DNA from: the human T2T-CHM13v2.0 reference genome, Homo sapiens
DNA length: 64,000 bases
NCBI RefSeq assembly: GCF_009914755.1
Contig: NC_060938.1
Strand: one strand, 5' to 3'
Position numbers and translations under genes: made by a program. The number at the start of each line of letters is the position of its first letter. Within the stretch, counting starts at the first letter, position 1. This document shows, piece by piece, positions 1 through 23,036 of the stretch. The notes beneath the pieces were generated by a model. The model saw nothing but the letters and a program-made list of their open reading frames with translations. It did no database searches and was not told the DNA's origin.

Positions 1-669
1 TATTTGCAAATGGCAACAAGTTCTTGTTTTGCAGTTTGTTTTTAAGAGTTTACCCTTCAATATCAGGATCATCTTCAATTTCAAAAGATGATAGGAAAAG
101 CATAAAAATAAATTTAGCAGCATGTTAATAAAATGAGAGTCTTTTTTTTTTTAATTGAGATAGTCTTGATCTGTTGCTCAGGTTGTGTACACAACCTCGC
201 CTGGCTAATTAAAGAAAATTTTTTTTTGTAGAGACAAGGTCTCCCTACGTTGCCCAGGCTGGTCTCAAACTCCTGGCCTCAAGTGATCCTCCCACCTTAG
301 CCTCCCAAAATGATGGGATTATAGGTGTGAACAACTGTAAAGACACTGATAATCTTTATTACTTAAAATTCTATTTTATAACATTTGAGCTCACAGATTT
401 TTGTTGTTTTTTTAAACAGTTAAAATTTACAGATGAAATTTGAATCCAATGTTTTTGAACTACAAAAAAGCACCTCTTATGAAACTTGTCCAAGGAAGCC
501 CAGTGTGAAAAATCCTATCTTATACACACCAGCAAGGCTCAAGAAATCAGGAAACAATATTAAACATTTTTTACTAATTCTGGGACAAATCAGATAAGTA
601 CTTGCAGAAGATACAAAGAACACTATGAAGGCACTGCCCTCTAAGACTTCAGCTGGCTGAAGAGAGATA

Positions 670-815
670 ATAGTAATAGCTATTATTTAGTAAGTGCTTA
701 CTCTGTGCTAGGAATTACCTCATTTAATCCTCAAAACAACTCTTAAGAGGCTGACACAGTTTATATTTAACAGCAAAGAAACACAGAGAGATTAAGTAAC
801 TTGCCTGAAATCACA
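670..815 (-). mobile_element. MIR fragment
   Basis: catttaatcctcaaaacaac...gaaacacagagagattaagtaacttgcctgaaatcacagagct. Confidence 0.7.
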
Positions 816-973
816 GAGCTATACTATTCATTCGTAGAGAGGTAAATAAGAATTATAACAGTAAGAGTGAAAGGTTGTATGATAAAGATAAGTGATCTTC
901 CCTATAGAATCCTGCAGGGAATCTGGACAAGAGATTTTTTAGCTGTAAGAATTTCCAAGTAAGAATCAGATAT

Positions 974-6594
<5,621 letters not shown>

Positions 6595-6923
6595 AAGAAT
6601 CAGATATACCACATAGAACACAAAAAGAAGGGACGGAACTGAAAGCTGAAACTTCTTGGGGTAGAGACGCATATGTTTATCAGCTGGTATGTGGCCTATT
6701 TTGTATACTATTTATAGTTTATCTGAACTCATCGAAGTAGCATTTCTCCCCTCAACATCAGGACCAGCCACTGATGTTGAGTGTCCAATGTAAAACTCTG
6801 CTGTATAGAGAATCAGTCAGTACATTCCCTTTGCTCCTTCTAGGCACATAAAGGTTAAAATTGATTAACCACAGTTAAAAATGTCTACACTTATTTTTCT
6901 TACAAACAAAAATTATGTTCTCA

Positions 6924-7172
<249 letters not shown>

Positions 7173-7579
7173 CTACTTGGAAGGCAGAGGTGGGAGGATC
7201 CCTTGAGCTAATGGCGGTAGAGGCTGCAGTTGAGCTGTGATCACACCACTGCACTCCAGCCTGGGTGACAGAGTGAGACCCTGTCTCAAATAAATAAATA
7301 AATAATAATGATGTTTTTCCTACGATTTCATTTTAGTTCAAACAAGTTTTTAACATGAAATGTTTAAAGTACCAAATTTTTCATTCCCTTTTCAAGCACT
7401 TAAGGCAACTTCAGGGTTTTTCTTTGTAGGATTACATATGCTTTCCCCTCAGAACACTTCAAACTGAAATAAGTATTATTATTTGAAATCTCAGCCAGGA
7501 AAGGTGGCTCCCGCCTGTAATCCCAGAACTTCGAGAGGCCAAAGTGGGTGGATCACCTGAGGTCAGGAGTTCAAGATCA

Positions 7580-8009
<430 letters not shown>

Positions 8010-9148
8010 TCAGGCCCAATCCCACTTTGGGAGGCTCGAGGGGTGGATCGCTTGAGGTCAGGAGTTCCAGACCAGCCTGGCCAACATGGTGAAGCCTCAT
8101 CTCTAACTAAAAACATAAAATTAGCCAGCCATCATGGCACATGCTTGTAATCCCAGCTACTTGGGAGGCTGAGGCAGGAGAATCACTTGAACCCAGATCG
8201 CACCACTGCACTCCAGGCTGGGTGACAGAGTGAGACTCCGTCTCAAAAAAAGAAAAAAAAATATGTCCAGAAACAAGAACAGCTGAATGTGTAACTAAAT
8301 ACATACATTCATGAGAAGTCTTGTATTACATTATTGTCATATGTCAAGCATTACACTACAGGTTGGAAAAACAGCTACGAAAAGCTGTAACAGGCATCTT
8401 CAGCCAGTTCCAAATACAATGAGACAATCTAGTATTTTATAAAACTCCACTGCTAATCTAAATATATAAGTCCATACCAGGCATAGTGGCTCATGCCTAT
8501 AATCCCAATGCTTTTGGAGGATGAGGCAGGAGAATCACTTGAGCCCAGGAGTTCCAAACCAGCTTGGACAATATAGGGAGACTCTGTCTCTAGGAAAATA
8601 ATAATAACTAGGCAGGTGTGGTGGCACACACCTGTTGTCCTAGCTATTTGGGAGGTTGAGGCAGGAGGATGGCTTGAACCCAGGAGTTCAAGGCTGCAGT
8701 GAGCTATGATCACATCACTGCACTCCATTCTAGCCTGGGTGACAGGGCGAGAGCCTGTCTTACAAAAAAAAAAAAAAAATTAAAAGCATTTTTCTAGCAC
8801 ATAGATTTTTTAAAATCCAACCTGATAATCTGTCTTAACTATTAAATACATTTACATTTACTGTAATTACTGATATGCTTGATTTCTACCATATTATTTT
8901 ATGCTATCTAACCTGATTTTCTAAGGTTTCTATCTCCTCTTTCTTCACTTATTGAGTTTTCTATATTCTTTTTTTCCTTCTCTACTAAATTGGAAATCTA
9001 TTTCCATCTTGTATTTAGTTTTATTTACTCAGATGGGATGCACTGTACATCTTGAATTTGAGGTCTGTCAATTCTAGAAAATTTTTAAGTATTCTCTCCT
9101 CAAAGGATTGCCTCTTCTCAATTTCTCTGTAACACCTATGAGAGATAG

Positions 9149-9337
<189 letters not shown>

Positions 9338-9618
9338 TAGTTTTTGTATTTTTAGTAAAGACGGGGTTTTGCCATGTTGGCTAGGCTGATCTTAAACTCC
9401 TAACCTCAGGTAATCCACCCTCCATGGCCTGGCAAAGTGCTGGGATTACAGGCATGAGCCACTGTGCCCAACCCCATGTCTTTTAACTTCTATGGATACA
9501 TCTTTATCTTGCAGTATTGCTTTCTAAATTCTTCTGAGTTACCTTCCAATTTGATAATTTCCTCTTAAGGTAGGTCTAACCAGCTGTCTAACCTAGTCAT
9601 CTGAGGTTTTTCCTTTAA

Positions 9619-9834
<216 letters not shown>

Positions 9835-11964
9835 TGAACTCCTGGACCCAAACAATCCTCCCACCTTGGCCTCCCAAAGTTCTGGGATTACAGAAGTGGG
9901 CCACCAAGCCTAGCCTGAGTTTTAAAATTTAAAAACTATATTTTTATTTCCAGAAATTCTCATTAGGTGGTTTCCAACTAATTTGCCTAGTTCTTTTTTC
10001 TTTGGTTTTTTTTTTTCATGTTTTCATTACCTTGTTTTTGATTAATTGAAGCATATTTACTTTACAGTTTCTATTATTACTATTACCCATAGTTGTTGGA
10101 AGTCTAATTCTGCCACTTATTTTATCTGCTGACTCTCACTTATGGTGGTTTGTAACTTCTGATTGTGAGTTTCTGTTCAGTACGACTTTATCTGTGGGAA
10201 TCATCTGGGAGGGGTTGGATTCAGGGTGTGTCCCTCTGCAGTGGTTTTACATTTGCTTCTATTACTATCCTGAGAGCACTTTTTTTTAAATGGAAAATTT
10301 TAAACACGTCAAAAAGTTAAAAAAAAAAAAAAGAAAAAGAAAGAAAACCAACAGTATAATGAACTCCCATGTATGTATTATCCAGTTGCAACAATTATAC
10401 ACACACAGCCAATCTTGTTTCATCTATGTACCAATCCAACACCAATGTCTCTCCACTGGGTTATTTTATTTTTTTTAGAGACAGGCCTCACTCTGTCACC
10501 CAGGCTGGAGTGCAGTGGCACAATCACAACTTACTGCAGCCCTGACCTCCCAGATTCAAGCAATCCTCCCTTCTCAGCCTCCTGAATAGCTGGGACCACA
10601 GGTGGACACCACTACACCCAGCTAATTGTTTTTTAAAAATATTTTTTTAGAGACAAGGTCTCACTATATTGCCCAGGCTGGCCTCAAACTCTTGGGCCCA
10701 AGCAATTCTCCCATCTCAGTCTCCCAAAGTGCTGGGATTATAGGTGTCAGCCACCACGCCCAGTCTTATTTTTTGAGACAGGGTCTTGCTCTGTCACCCA
10801 GGCTGGAGTGCACTGGCATGATCATAGCTCACTATAGCCTTTAACTCCTGGGCTCAAGCAATCCTCCTGCCTCAGCTTCCAGAGTAGGTGGGACTACAGG
10901 AACATGCCACCACACCCAGCTAGTTTTTAAATTTTTGGTATAGATGGGGTCTTGCTATATTGTCCAGGCTGGTTTGGAACTCCTAGCCTCAAGAATCCTC
11001 CTGATTCAGCCTCCCAAAGTGCTAGGATTGCAGGCGTGAGCCCATGGTGCCTGACCTATTTATTTTAGTATTTTATAATTTTTTATTTAATTTTATTTAT
11101 TTTTGAGACAGGGTCTCACTGTTGTCCAGACTGGAGTGCAGTGGTGTTATCATGGCTCACTGCTGCCTCGACCACTAGGCTCAAGCAATTCTCTTGCCCC
11201 AGCCTCCTGAGTAGTTGGGACTACAGGCATATGCGCACCACCACGCCAGGCTCTTTTTTTTTTTTTTTTTTTTAATTTTTACTAGAGACAAGGTCTCGTA
11301 TTGCCCAGAATGGTCTTGAACTCCTCAGGTCAAACAATCCTGCCTCAGCCACCCAAAGTGCTAGGATTAAAGGCAGGAGCCACTGAGCCCAACCATATTT
11401 TATTATTTTTTAGACATGTTGTCTTGCTAAGCTGGATTAAAACTCCTGGGCTCAGGCAATCCTCCTACCTCAGCCTCCCAAGTAGCTAGGACTATATGCA
11501 TGAGCCACAACACCCCCACTGAATTATTTTAAAGCAAATCCCAGATGGCATACCACTTCACTTCAATGTGTATTTGTTTTCTTTTCTTTCTGTTTTTTTT
11601 CTTTTTTGGTTTTTTTTTTTTTTTTCAGAAATGGGGTCTCACTATGTCACCTGGGCTGATCTCACTATGTTGCCAAGGCTGCCCAAGCAATCCACCCACC
11701 TCGGCCTCTCAAAGTGCTGAGATTACAGGCATGAGCCACCCCGCCCGGCCTCAATGTGTATTTCTTTTAAAAAGATTCTTAAAAATTATCCAGGTGCAGT
11801 GACTCACACCTGTAATCTCAGCACTTCGGGAGGCCAAGGCGGGTAGATCACTTGAGGTCAGGAGTCCAGACCAGCATGGCCAACATAGTAAAATCCCATC
11901 TCTACTAAAAATAGGAAAAAAAAAATCAGCCAGCCATGGTGGCACATGCCTGTAATCCCAGCTA

Positions 11965-12124
<160 letters not shown>

Positions 12125-12222
12125 TCATTTTGTGGTCAAATTATCTGATTTTTAGTCTCTCTAATTTACTTGAATTAGAGGGGGTGGGGAGGGGAGGGAG
12201 GGAGAAAGAAGGAGAGAGAAGA

Positions 12223-12227
<5 letters not shown>

Positions 12228-12252
<25 letters not shown>
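12228..12252 (+). repeat. (GA)n microsatellite within a purine-rich tract
   Basis: gagagaga run after ggggtgggga ggggagggag. Confidence 0.9.
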
Positions 12253-12253
<1 letters not shown>

Positions 12254-12951
12254 TTGATTGAAGCAGGATCCAAAAATGTCTGGCTCTACTTTTTCAGTTA
12301 ATTTGTTAGCTTACAGTTCCTAAACCAAGCTGGTGGTATACGTTCAAAATCTAAGCACTTTGAGGGATTCTAGATTTTGGGGAAGATTCCTCCCACTCCC
12401 CATCCCCAAGACCAAGATAGACAAAGTTCCTTAATACTTCCCAGTGCCAAGGGGAATATTTTTTTTCCAGACTTCCTTTCTTCTGAGGGTATAGCCTTTC
12501 AAGAGCCCCTAGGGGGCCTTACATTAGAGTCTCAGTTCCAACTTTCTACCTTGTATAGACCCAAGATTTCTTTTTCAGCACTTGAGTGGCAATTAAAATA
12601 CAAGTCCCTAATGTCCTATATCTTGTTCTGAGTGGTGGATATGGTTTGTACAATTATCGAAATTTACTAAGCATTTAAGATCTACATATTTTATACGTTG
12701 AGTCACACATAAATTAAAAATATAACTCAAGCCCCTCAGTTTTTAAAATTAGCAAACCATCCCCACCTCTCCAAGTCAGCATCAGCACCAACTCCTTTTA
12801 GTATGAATTTTAATTTTCTTTCTGTTTTTTGCTCTGGGATGCCCCTTACTTTCCCTTACTCTCAGCTATATGTATTTCAAGGATGTTTATCATATTTCCT
12901 CCAGACTCTTATTACTATTTTGTAGTGTGAAGGTTACCAAATTCTCTACAC

Positions 12952-13452
12952 TAGTGGTTCTCAACCAAAGGAGATTTTGCCCCCTACAGGACATCTGGCA
13001 ATGTCAACATATTTTTGGTTGCCACAATTAGGAGAATGAGTAGAGGCTGGGGATGCTGTTAAACATTCTACAATGGCTGGGCACGGTAGCTCACACCTGT
13101 AATCCTAGCACTTTGGGAGGCCAAGGCGGGTGGATTACCTGAGGTCAGGACTTTGAGACCAGCCAGGCCAACATGGTGAAACCCCATCTCTACTAAAAAT
13201 ACAAAAAATTAGCCGGGTGTGGTGGCAGGCGCCTGTAATCCCAGCTGCTCAGAAGGCTAAGTCAGGAGAATCGCTTGAACCCGGGAGGCAGAGGTTGCAG
13301 TGAGCCGAGATGGCACCACTGCACTACAGCCCAGGTAACACTGTGAGACTCCGTCTAAAAAAAAAAAAAATTATACAATGAACTGGACACTCCTCCACAA
13401 TAAATAATTATTTGGCTCAATATGTCAATAGCATCAAGACTGAGAAACCCTA
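12952..13452 (+). mobile_element. MER20 (hAT-Charlie) split by an Alu
   Basis: agtggttctcaacc...gattttgcccc...ctggcaatgtc...gggatgctg...tgagaaaccct. Confidence 0.8.
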
Positions 13453-13893
13453 ATCTAGATCACCATAAGCCATTACAACTTTATTGTAGAAATGTTTGAG
13501 TTTTGCACCTTTGTGTTTCACACACTCTAGTTATCACTTGCTATGAAAACATCTTGCCTGAAAGTTTACTCTAGAATTCCCCACAGAAGACATTTTCCAA
13601 ATTGAAAATGGGGAAATTGTGACATATATGTCTTCGTCTTTTACATCTTTACAGTGCTAACAGATACAAACTGCTGTTAGATTAACATGTCAAAATTAAT
13701 CACAGAACAAATTTTTAAAGTTTAGAGCTATATATATATTTGAGACAGGGTCTTGTTCTCTCCACCAGGCTGGAGGACAGTAGTGCAATAATGGCTAACT
13801 GTAGCTTCAGCATCCTGGGCTCAAGGGATCTTGCCACTTAAGCCTCTCTAGTAGCTACAACTATAGGCGTGCACCACCTGCCCAGCTAATTAA

Positions 13894-14091
<198 letters not shown>

Positions 14092-14411
14092 TAACAGATT
14101 GTAACTTTATATTCCAATCTCATGTTCACCAGTAAATTATTGCCCAAAATGCTCTGGCTAAGCAATGAGAAGTCAACCTGGGTGCCCTTCAGTGGTTAAT
14201 GAAATTTAAGGACACCATCCTGGGAAACACACCCCACTGAAAGTGTTGCTTCAACTATCTTTTACTATTTACTAATGCCTGATGTGCTTTCACTGCAATA
14301 CTAAGGGCATTTATGGTTTAGTATACTGGTTGCAAGACAAAGGAGACAAGGCAGGACTTAGGCTTCAAGCTGTGGAAAAGTCTATTGATCTTGGCCAGGC
14401 GCATTGGCTCA

Positions 14412-14687
<276 letters not shown>

Positions 14688-16035
14688 CTATTGATCTTAT
14701 TTTTATTATTTAATATTTCAGGCTATCACAAGGAAGAGAGACTAACACAATGAATACCCATTTTTTTATCTGACAGCTTAAGAAACAAAGCATTACCGAT
14801 ATGATAGAAGCCTCTGTAGAACTCTCAAGATCCCATTCTCTTCCCTCACCAGAGGTAACCACTCTCCTGAATTAGGTGTTTATCACTCCCCTGCTCATTT
14901 TTATTTTCATACTACATGTGTAATCCGTAAGCAATATATGGTTTTGCTATACTTGTTTTAAAACTTATACAAATGGTATCAAACGTATCTTCCCCCGAGA
15001 AACCCAAAAACATATCTTCTACAGCTTCCTTTTTGTTATTAATAATTTCCTGCACTTAATAACTATAGGAATCAAGAGACGAAGCAAATGGAATTGCTGA
15101 ATTAGTTAGCTTTTCTCTCTTTAAAGAGGAACTCATCTGTGATTGGGTTGAATTTGTCCCCAAATGCACCTGCCTGCAGTGCTGTGCCCTTTTCTACTAC
15201 ATGCCAATGAAATTGGTAACAGAAATTCACACCCTTACACCCAGAGACAGGAGAGTTCACTAATAACCACAAGCCCGAAGTCCAGTTCTACCATATGAAA
15301 TCCAGTGGTCTAAAAAGTTTTCCTCAGGCTTCTATAAAGGGTGGTAACTGAATACAGGCAGTGAATTCACTGCAACTATTTTTATACAGAATTCACTATG
15401 CTCACCTCGTTTGTTTTCCAAGGAATATCAATAGCAGTAATAGAAACCAGATTTGACCAGTCTATTTTCAGATATAAAACATCACAAGTTTGCTAAAGCA
15501 GATCACTGAAAACATAAAAGCCCTTACTTATAAGTGAGTGAAAGAAAATAATGGCTAGATATTTTTATCCCTTCTATTTCAGAAGGTGAGTAGAGGAGTG
15601 AAAGAGATAAGAGGAAAAACGTTAGCTGAGTTTTAATCTTCTAAGGATTCAAACATGCTGGTCTCAGAATGATACATTACAGTCAGATTTAAACGAGGAC
15701 GCTCCCCTAAGAGAGACAGCTGACATGATTATTGCTCTCTACACAGATACACAGTCAAGCCTGCTGACATTTTTTACCAGGCTAGTTCAGCAGCTGTTGC
15801 AGAGAAAGCAGATATCTAGTGCTAAGAAAATTCATGGAGGGATGGATTGTAAATGGAGGGTGAGAGTACCTCAAAGTACACTGCTGATTAGGCCTAACGA
15901 ATGGCTTGCTCAGGAAAAAAGGTGAACACTAAAAACATTACCAAAGAGGGGAAAAAAATAGGTTTGGGTGGTATTAAGAATAATCTACAGATCAAGTCTA
16001 GAAAGCCTTTTATCTTTTTTTTTTTTTTTTTGTGA

Positions 16036-16194
<159 letters not shown>

Positions 16195-16357
16195 TAATAG
16201 AGACAAGGTTTCTCCATTTTGGTCAGGCTGGTCTCGAACTCCTGACCTCAGGTGATCCACCCGCCTCAGCCTCCCAAGTGCTGGGATTGCAGGTGTGAGC
16301 CGCCGTGCCAGTCTTTTATCTTTAAGAATAAAAGATGTGGCTGGGTGCAGTGGCTCA

Positions 16358-16654
<297 letters not shown>

Positions 16655-16825
16655 TTACTTTGCCCCACACCCCTGTAGCAAGGACTCTGATTGTTACCAC
16701 ACTGCTTTCCACTTCTATCCTGAAAGTAGAGTCCCTGAGTGCAGTAAGGTCCAAGAAAGAACAAAAGAAGTAGAGAAGAAGCAAGGTGAGATGCCAGGTC
16801 TAGGAGTGTGTTTCTAACAGGTTTT

Positions 16826-17118
16826 AATGGAGCTGGAGGCTATCATCCTTAGCAAACTAACACAAGAACAGAAAACCAAATACCACATGTTCTCACTTAT
16901 AAGTGGGAGCTAAATGATGAGAACACATGAACACAAAGAAGGAAACAACAGACACTGCAGTCTACTTAAGTGGGGAGGGAGGGAGGAAGGAGAGAAGCAG
17001 AAAAGATAACTATTGGGTACTGGGCTTAATATGTGGGTGATAAAATAATATGTACAATAAACCCCATGACATGTGTTTACCTATGTAGAAACCTTCACAT
17101 GTACCCCAAACCTAAAAG
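16826..17118 (+). mobile_element. Older L1PA-type 3' end fragment
   Basis: atggagctggaggctatcatccttagcaaactaac...ctcacttataagtgggagc...cacatgtacccc matches the L1P 3' UTR. Confidence 0.85.
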
Positions 17119-17597
17119 GTTTTTTTTAAGTTTTAAGAATCAATCAAAATATAATGTTTTAATGTGCTTATTACCTAATTAGTTAACATAGTGATCAATA
17201 ATCTTATACAAAATTAAGGCCAAAAGGCTTTGGAATCACAAGACTAACTGGCCAGAGAGATTTTTAAAAATTCAGGCAAGTTGTTTTTATCAGGAGTGAT
17301 AGTTAGACAAAAAGGCTAAGGTAGCATCACAATAAAGCTGTCATAGAGATTTCAGATTAGAGCTGTAAGGCAGTCTAGATAATTATAAATGGACCAGCAC
17401 TAAGGGCCATGATGTAGCAATGCCCAATAAATGCACTGCAAAGGGAATTCAACAACATGTTGGGAAAGAAAGCAAACAAAAATTCAGTGCATATGCAGAC
17501 TGACTCTGAAATGGTACTTACTAATCACCAAGTCAGACCCACCTCTCAAGTTCACATAGGTCAGAACTGTATTTACACTCCTTATCCCTTTTCCTTA

Positions 17598-17753
<156 letters not shown>

Positions 17754-17860
17754 TTATGAGAGAAAGGAATTCTTTATTACGTAAAATACCTTTATAATTA
17801 TTAGATTCTTTTTTTATGTCATCACAAAAATCTAGGCAAAGTCAGAAAAACTACAGATTA

Positions 17861-18461
<601 letters not shown>

Positions 18462-19379
18462 CTATAAAGCTTGCCAACATCAAGGCTTTCTAATGGAAAT
18501 ATTAGATGCCTTCAACACACCTAAAAGGCAGGGTATGAAAGAAATGGGACATCTACCCTAGATTTCTTTAGTCAGCCAGAGGTAAAATACTTTAGTTGTT
18601 TAGGCAGGGTGTAGTGGCTCATGCCTGTAATCCCAGCACTTTGGGAGGCCAAGGCAGGTGGATTGCTTGAGCCCAGGAGTTCGAGACCAGGCTGTGTAAC
18701 ATGGCGAAACCCTGTCTCTACAGAAAACACAAAAATTATCTGGGCATGGTAGCATCTGCCTGTAGTTCCAGCTACTTGGAGGCTGAAGTGGGAGAACTGA
18801 TTGATCCCAGGAGGTTGAGGCTGCAGTGAGGACAAAGTGAGACCTTGTCTCAAAATTACAAAACAAAAAACCAAAAAAACTTTAGTTGTGATTTTCAAGT
18901 GAGACTCTGCAAAGCCTAGATGCACATATGTATATATTTTTACAACTACATGTGCCAGGAAGCTCCATCCTAAACTTTCTGTTTCAGAATCCATAGAGGG
19001 TGAAACTCAAGTATAGCTTTAAATCTAGTGATTTAAACAGGAAAATCTAGTGATTTTCATGTGAAACCCTTTAGAGAGAAACATTGGTAAAAGGACCAAA
19101 CAAAATACCTAATTCAGTATTTCTTACAATAGTAAAGAATCTGCATCTTAGGTCAACACAATCGTATTGTTAGTTTCCTACACAAGGAAATTACTTTGGT
19201 CATCAGTAATTTCTCCAGTGGCTTACAAAATGATGGAGACTGGCTCAAAATGATTTTATTAAAATAGCCATCTACTGATTTTGAGAGAATCTATTTCCTC
19301 CCCCACCAAATAAAACTGGAAACTTAGCAATACAAGATTTGGATTGCCAGATATATGAATAACTCTTGGCCTTATCTTC

Positions 19380-19718
<339 letters not shown>

Positions 19719-19789
19719 CTTTTCTTTTTAACCCCAGCTCAACAGAATTTTCTTGAAGTAGTTAAAATGTTATACTTATTCCAAAAGGC

Positions 19790-19822
19790 ATTTGTTTGTT
19801 TGTTTGTTTGTTTGTTTGTTTG
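19790..19822 (+). repeat. (TTTG)n microsatellite
   Basis: About 8 tandem tttg units. Confidence 0.95.
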
Positions 19823-19985
19823 CTACCCCATCCACTCCAAAGCTTTTAATTTGGATTAATACAACATTCAATATACCAATCACAAATATGGGGATTTACC
19901 CAATAAGTAGAGTATCAAGAAAGACAAAACTTCCCACATTGAAAATATAAGCACATAAAATCATTTTTAAAAATAAATAATGTTA

Positions 19986-20144
<159 letters not shown>

Positions 20145-20248
20145 CTATAAATTTAACATAGTAAATAACAGCCTCATTTCACATTCCATGTTATCAGAGA
20201 TGCAAACATTCAATTGGTAACATAAAACACTTTCTTCTCATGCATTTA

Positions 20249-20647
<399 letters not shown>

Positions 20648-21345
20648 CTACTGACACTAATAGATTGTTCCATCTATGCATCTTTCTGGGTAAAGGAAAA
20701 AAAAAAGATGAACTGTCTTACTTCAGGCTATTCTCGGTCTTTCACAAGGGATGTCTATGACTGGCAAGTAAAATCAGAGCTGCCAGAAAAAAATACACAT
20801 TCATAGCACAGGCTTCTGCAAAGTACAAATACATGAGGTTGAAGCAGATGAAATTCATGTTTCGGCAAGCTCAAAAATATCAAATAGCCGAATACTGACT
20901 ATTTCATCTGGTTCGACCTAATATATTTTAAGAGATTCATTCATTTCCAGGGTAGTTCCAGACAGAAGAATGAACTCCTCATTTAAATACCTCTGTCTTC
21001 TACTCCCTGAAACTACAGAGTGGCCACATCCCTTTTCTGTACCTACAGATAGTGAACTGAGGAAAAGGGTTGGGTATCAGGGACTTCCATAAGGGAAAGT
21101 TTTCCCTTTCCCTCCACCAGAGAGAAGGTAGAATTCAGTTCCTTCTTGATAGCACTTCCCAGAGTGCACTCATGCTTTCTGGAGACATGTACCTGCAGGC
21201 AATTAATTACAATTTAATAACCATGATACAGGGATAAAGATTTAGGGATTTAACCACAAGAGAAACCGATGAAATGCTTACAAAAACGGTCCTTCAAAAT
21301 TTCTCTTATTTCTGACCCAAGTGAAAGTTGTTTTCATCTCCTTTA

Positions 21346-21564
<219 letters not shown>

Positions 21565-21959
21565 CTAGTGCAAAATAAAAGAACAGTTATTTGTATAAAG
21601 TGGAGTAGAATAGGTCAAGAGGGGAAAAACAGGTGATAGAAAAGAAAAAAAGGTACAGAAATAGAATTTTTTCTAAAAGAGGATATTCAATACAGGTATC
21701 AGCAAAATATGTTCTTTAGCATTTAGGTGGCAGCTAGAAACTTAGGATAGTGGCATGTAAGAGGATGTCACCTTAAATTTTGTACTGTAAAGATAATAAT
21801 GGTCAACCTAGCAAGGATACTTAGTAAGGTATACATGCATGCACACAAATACATACATACAAATACATACAAATCTGTTTATTAGGACCTAGCAGGGAGC
21901 TTCTTAACTATTTGCTGCATGAGGAAGCAAATGTCATTTAGACAGCCTCCACCAATTTT

Positions 21960-22199
21960 TTTTGCTCCCCCACCCACCCCACAGCTTTTAATTTGGATTA
22001 ATTAAAAATTCAATATACCAATCACAAATATGAGGATTTACCCAATCAGCAGAATATCAAGAAAGACAAAACTTCCTACATTAAAAATATAAGCACATAA
22101 AATCATTTTAAAATTAAAGTTATTACCTATTGATAATTATATCCATAACATCTCTGGCACTGAAGTCGAAGGGCCTGTAACCCTCTCATTTAAAGGCAA
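21960..22199 (-). pseudogene. Partial duplicate of L2HGDH exon 8 (3' 73 nt) plus donor and about 165 nt of intron 8, located in intron 6
   Basis: Direct copy of about 19820-20059 (offset about 2140). Four substitutions in the exonic 73 nt, including CGA>TGA at 22188; donor AG|gtaata retained. Confidence 0.93.
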
Positions 22200-22727
22200 A
22201 CTCTGTATTGCAACCAGCTTCTCCTGTATCTGAGCAATTATCGTGTTACTCTTCGGTTGCTTCACACTCAATAATCCTGCCCAGTTGCAACTGTAACCTA
22301 CCCACCAAGCAATTTCTCCTTCCTAATCAATATCTACTTTGCAAACTGAGGACACTTTAGAAATCTCATTCATTCAATGCACATTTAATGAGAGCACACA
22401 CTACGTTCAACGTTTGCTTTAGTGACCAGCTTTAGACTGCTAATGTTAGGCTGTTATGATTTCCTATAAATTTTATTTTGTGATTATCATCTGCTTATTT
22501 TTAACTTTACTCACTAAGTTTAGCCAATTTGTCACCCTATTTCCTAAATGACTTCATTTATCCCGCATTCACCACCACACTTGAATTCCCATCTCTTTAC
22601 TTCTTACAGAGTAAACACCTAGCAATTCTGTTCTTATTCTTAGATCTTCTTCCCAGATGACCTATTTTTGAAGCCTCAGAGTTCTCACCTGTCTCAACAT
22701 TTTCTTTCTTTCCAGGCCTTACTGTTT

Positions 22728-23036
22728 TGTTGTTGTTGTTGTTGTTGTTGTTTTGAGACGGAGCCTCACTCTGTTGCCCAGGCTGGAGTGCAGTGGCAGC
22801 GATCTCGGCTCACTGCAAGCTCCACCTCTTGGGTTCACGCCATTCTCCTGCCTCAGCCTTCCGAGTAGCCGGAACTACAGGCGCCCGCCACCACGCCCGG
22901 CTAATTTTTTGTATTTTTAGTAGAGACGGGGTTTCACCGTGTTAGCCAGGATGGTCTCGATCTCCTGACCTCGTGATCCACCCGCCTCGGCCTCCCAAAG
23001 TGCTGGGATTACAGGCGTGAGCCACCGCGCCCGGCC
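22728..23036 (-). mobile_element. Young AluY with (TTG)n tail
   Basis: Near-consensus and CpG-rich, with AluY diagnostics (ctgcaagctcc, ttcacgccattc, ccgtgttagccagg); TSD aggccttactgttt at about 22714-22727 and 23037-23050. Confidence 0.93.

Noticed and set aside
15358-15373. Perfect 16-bp palindrome gcagtgaattcactgc
   Set aside because: About one such palindrome is expected by chance in 64 kb (64000/4^8).
18937-18957. caactacatgtgcca shared with about 59537
   Set aside because: A 15-bp match without extension is compatible with chance.
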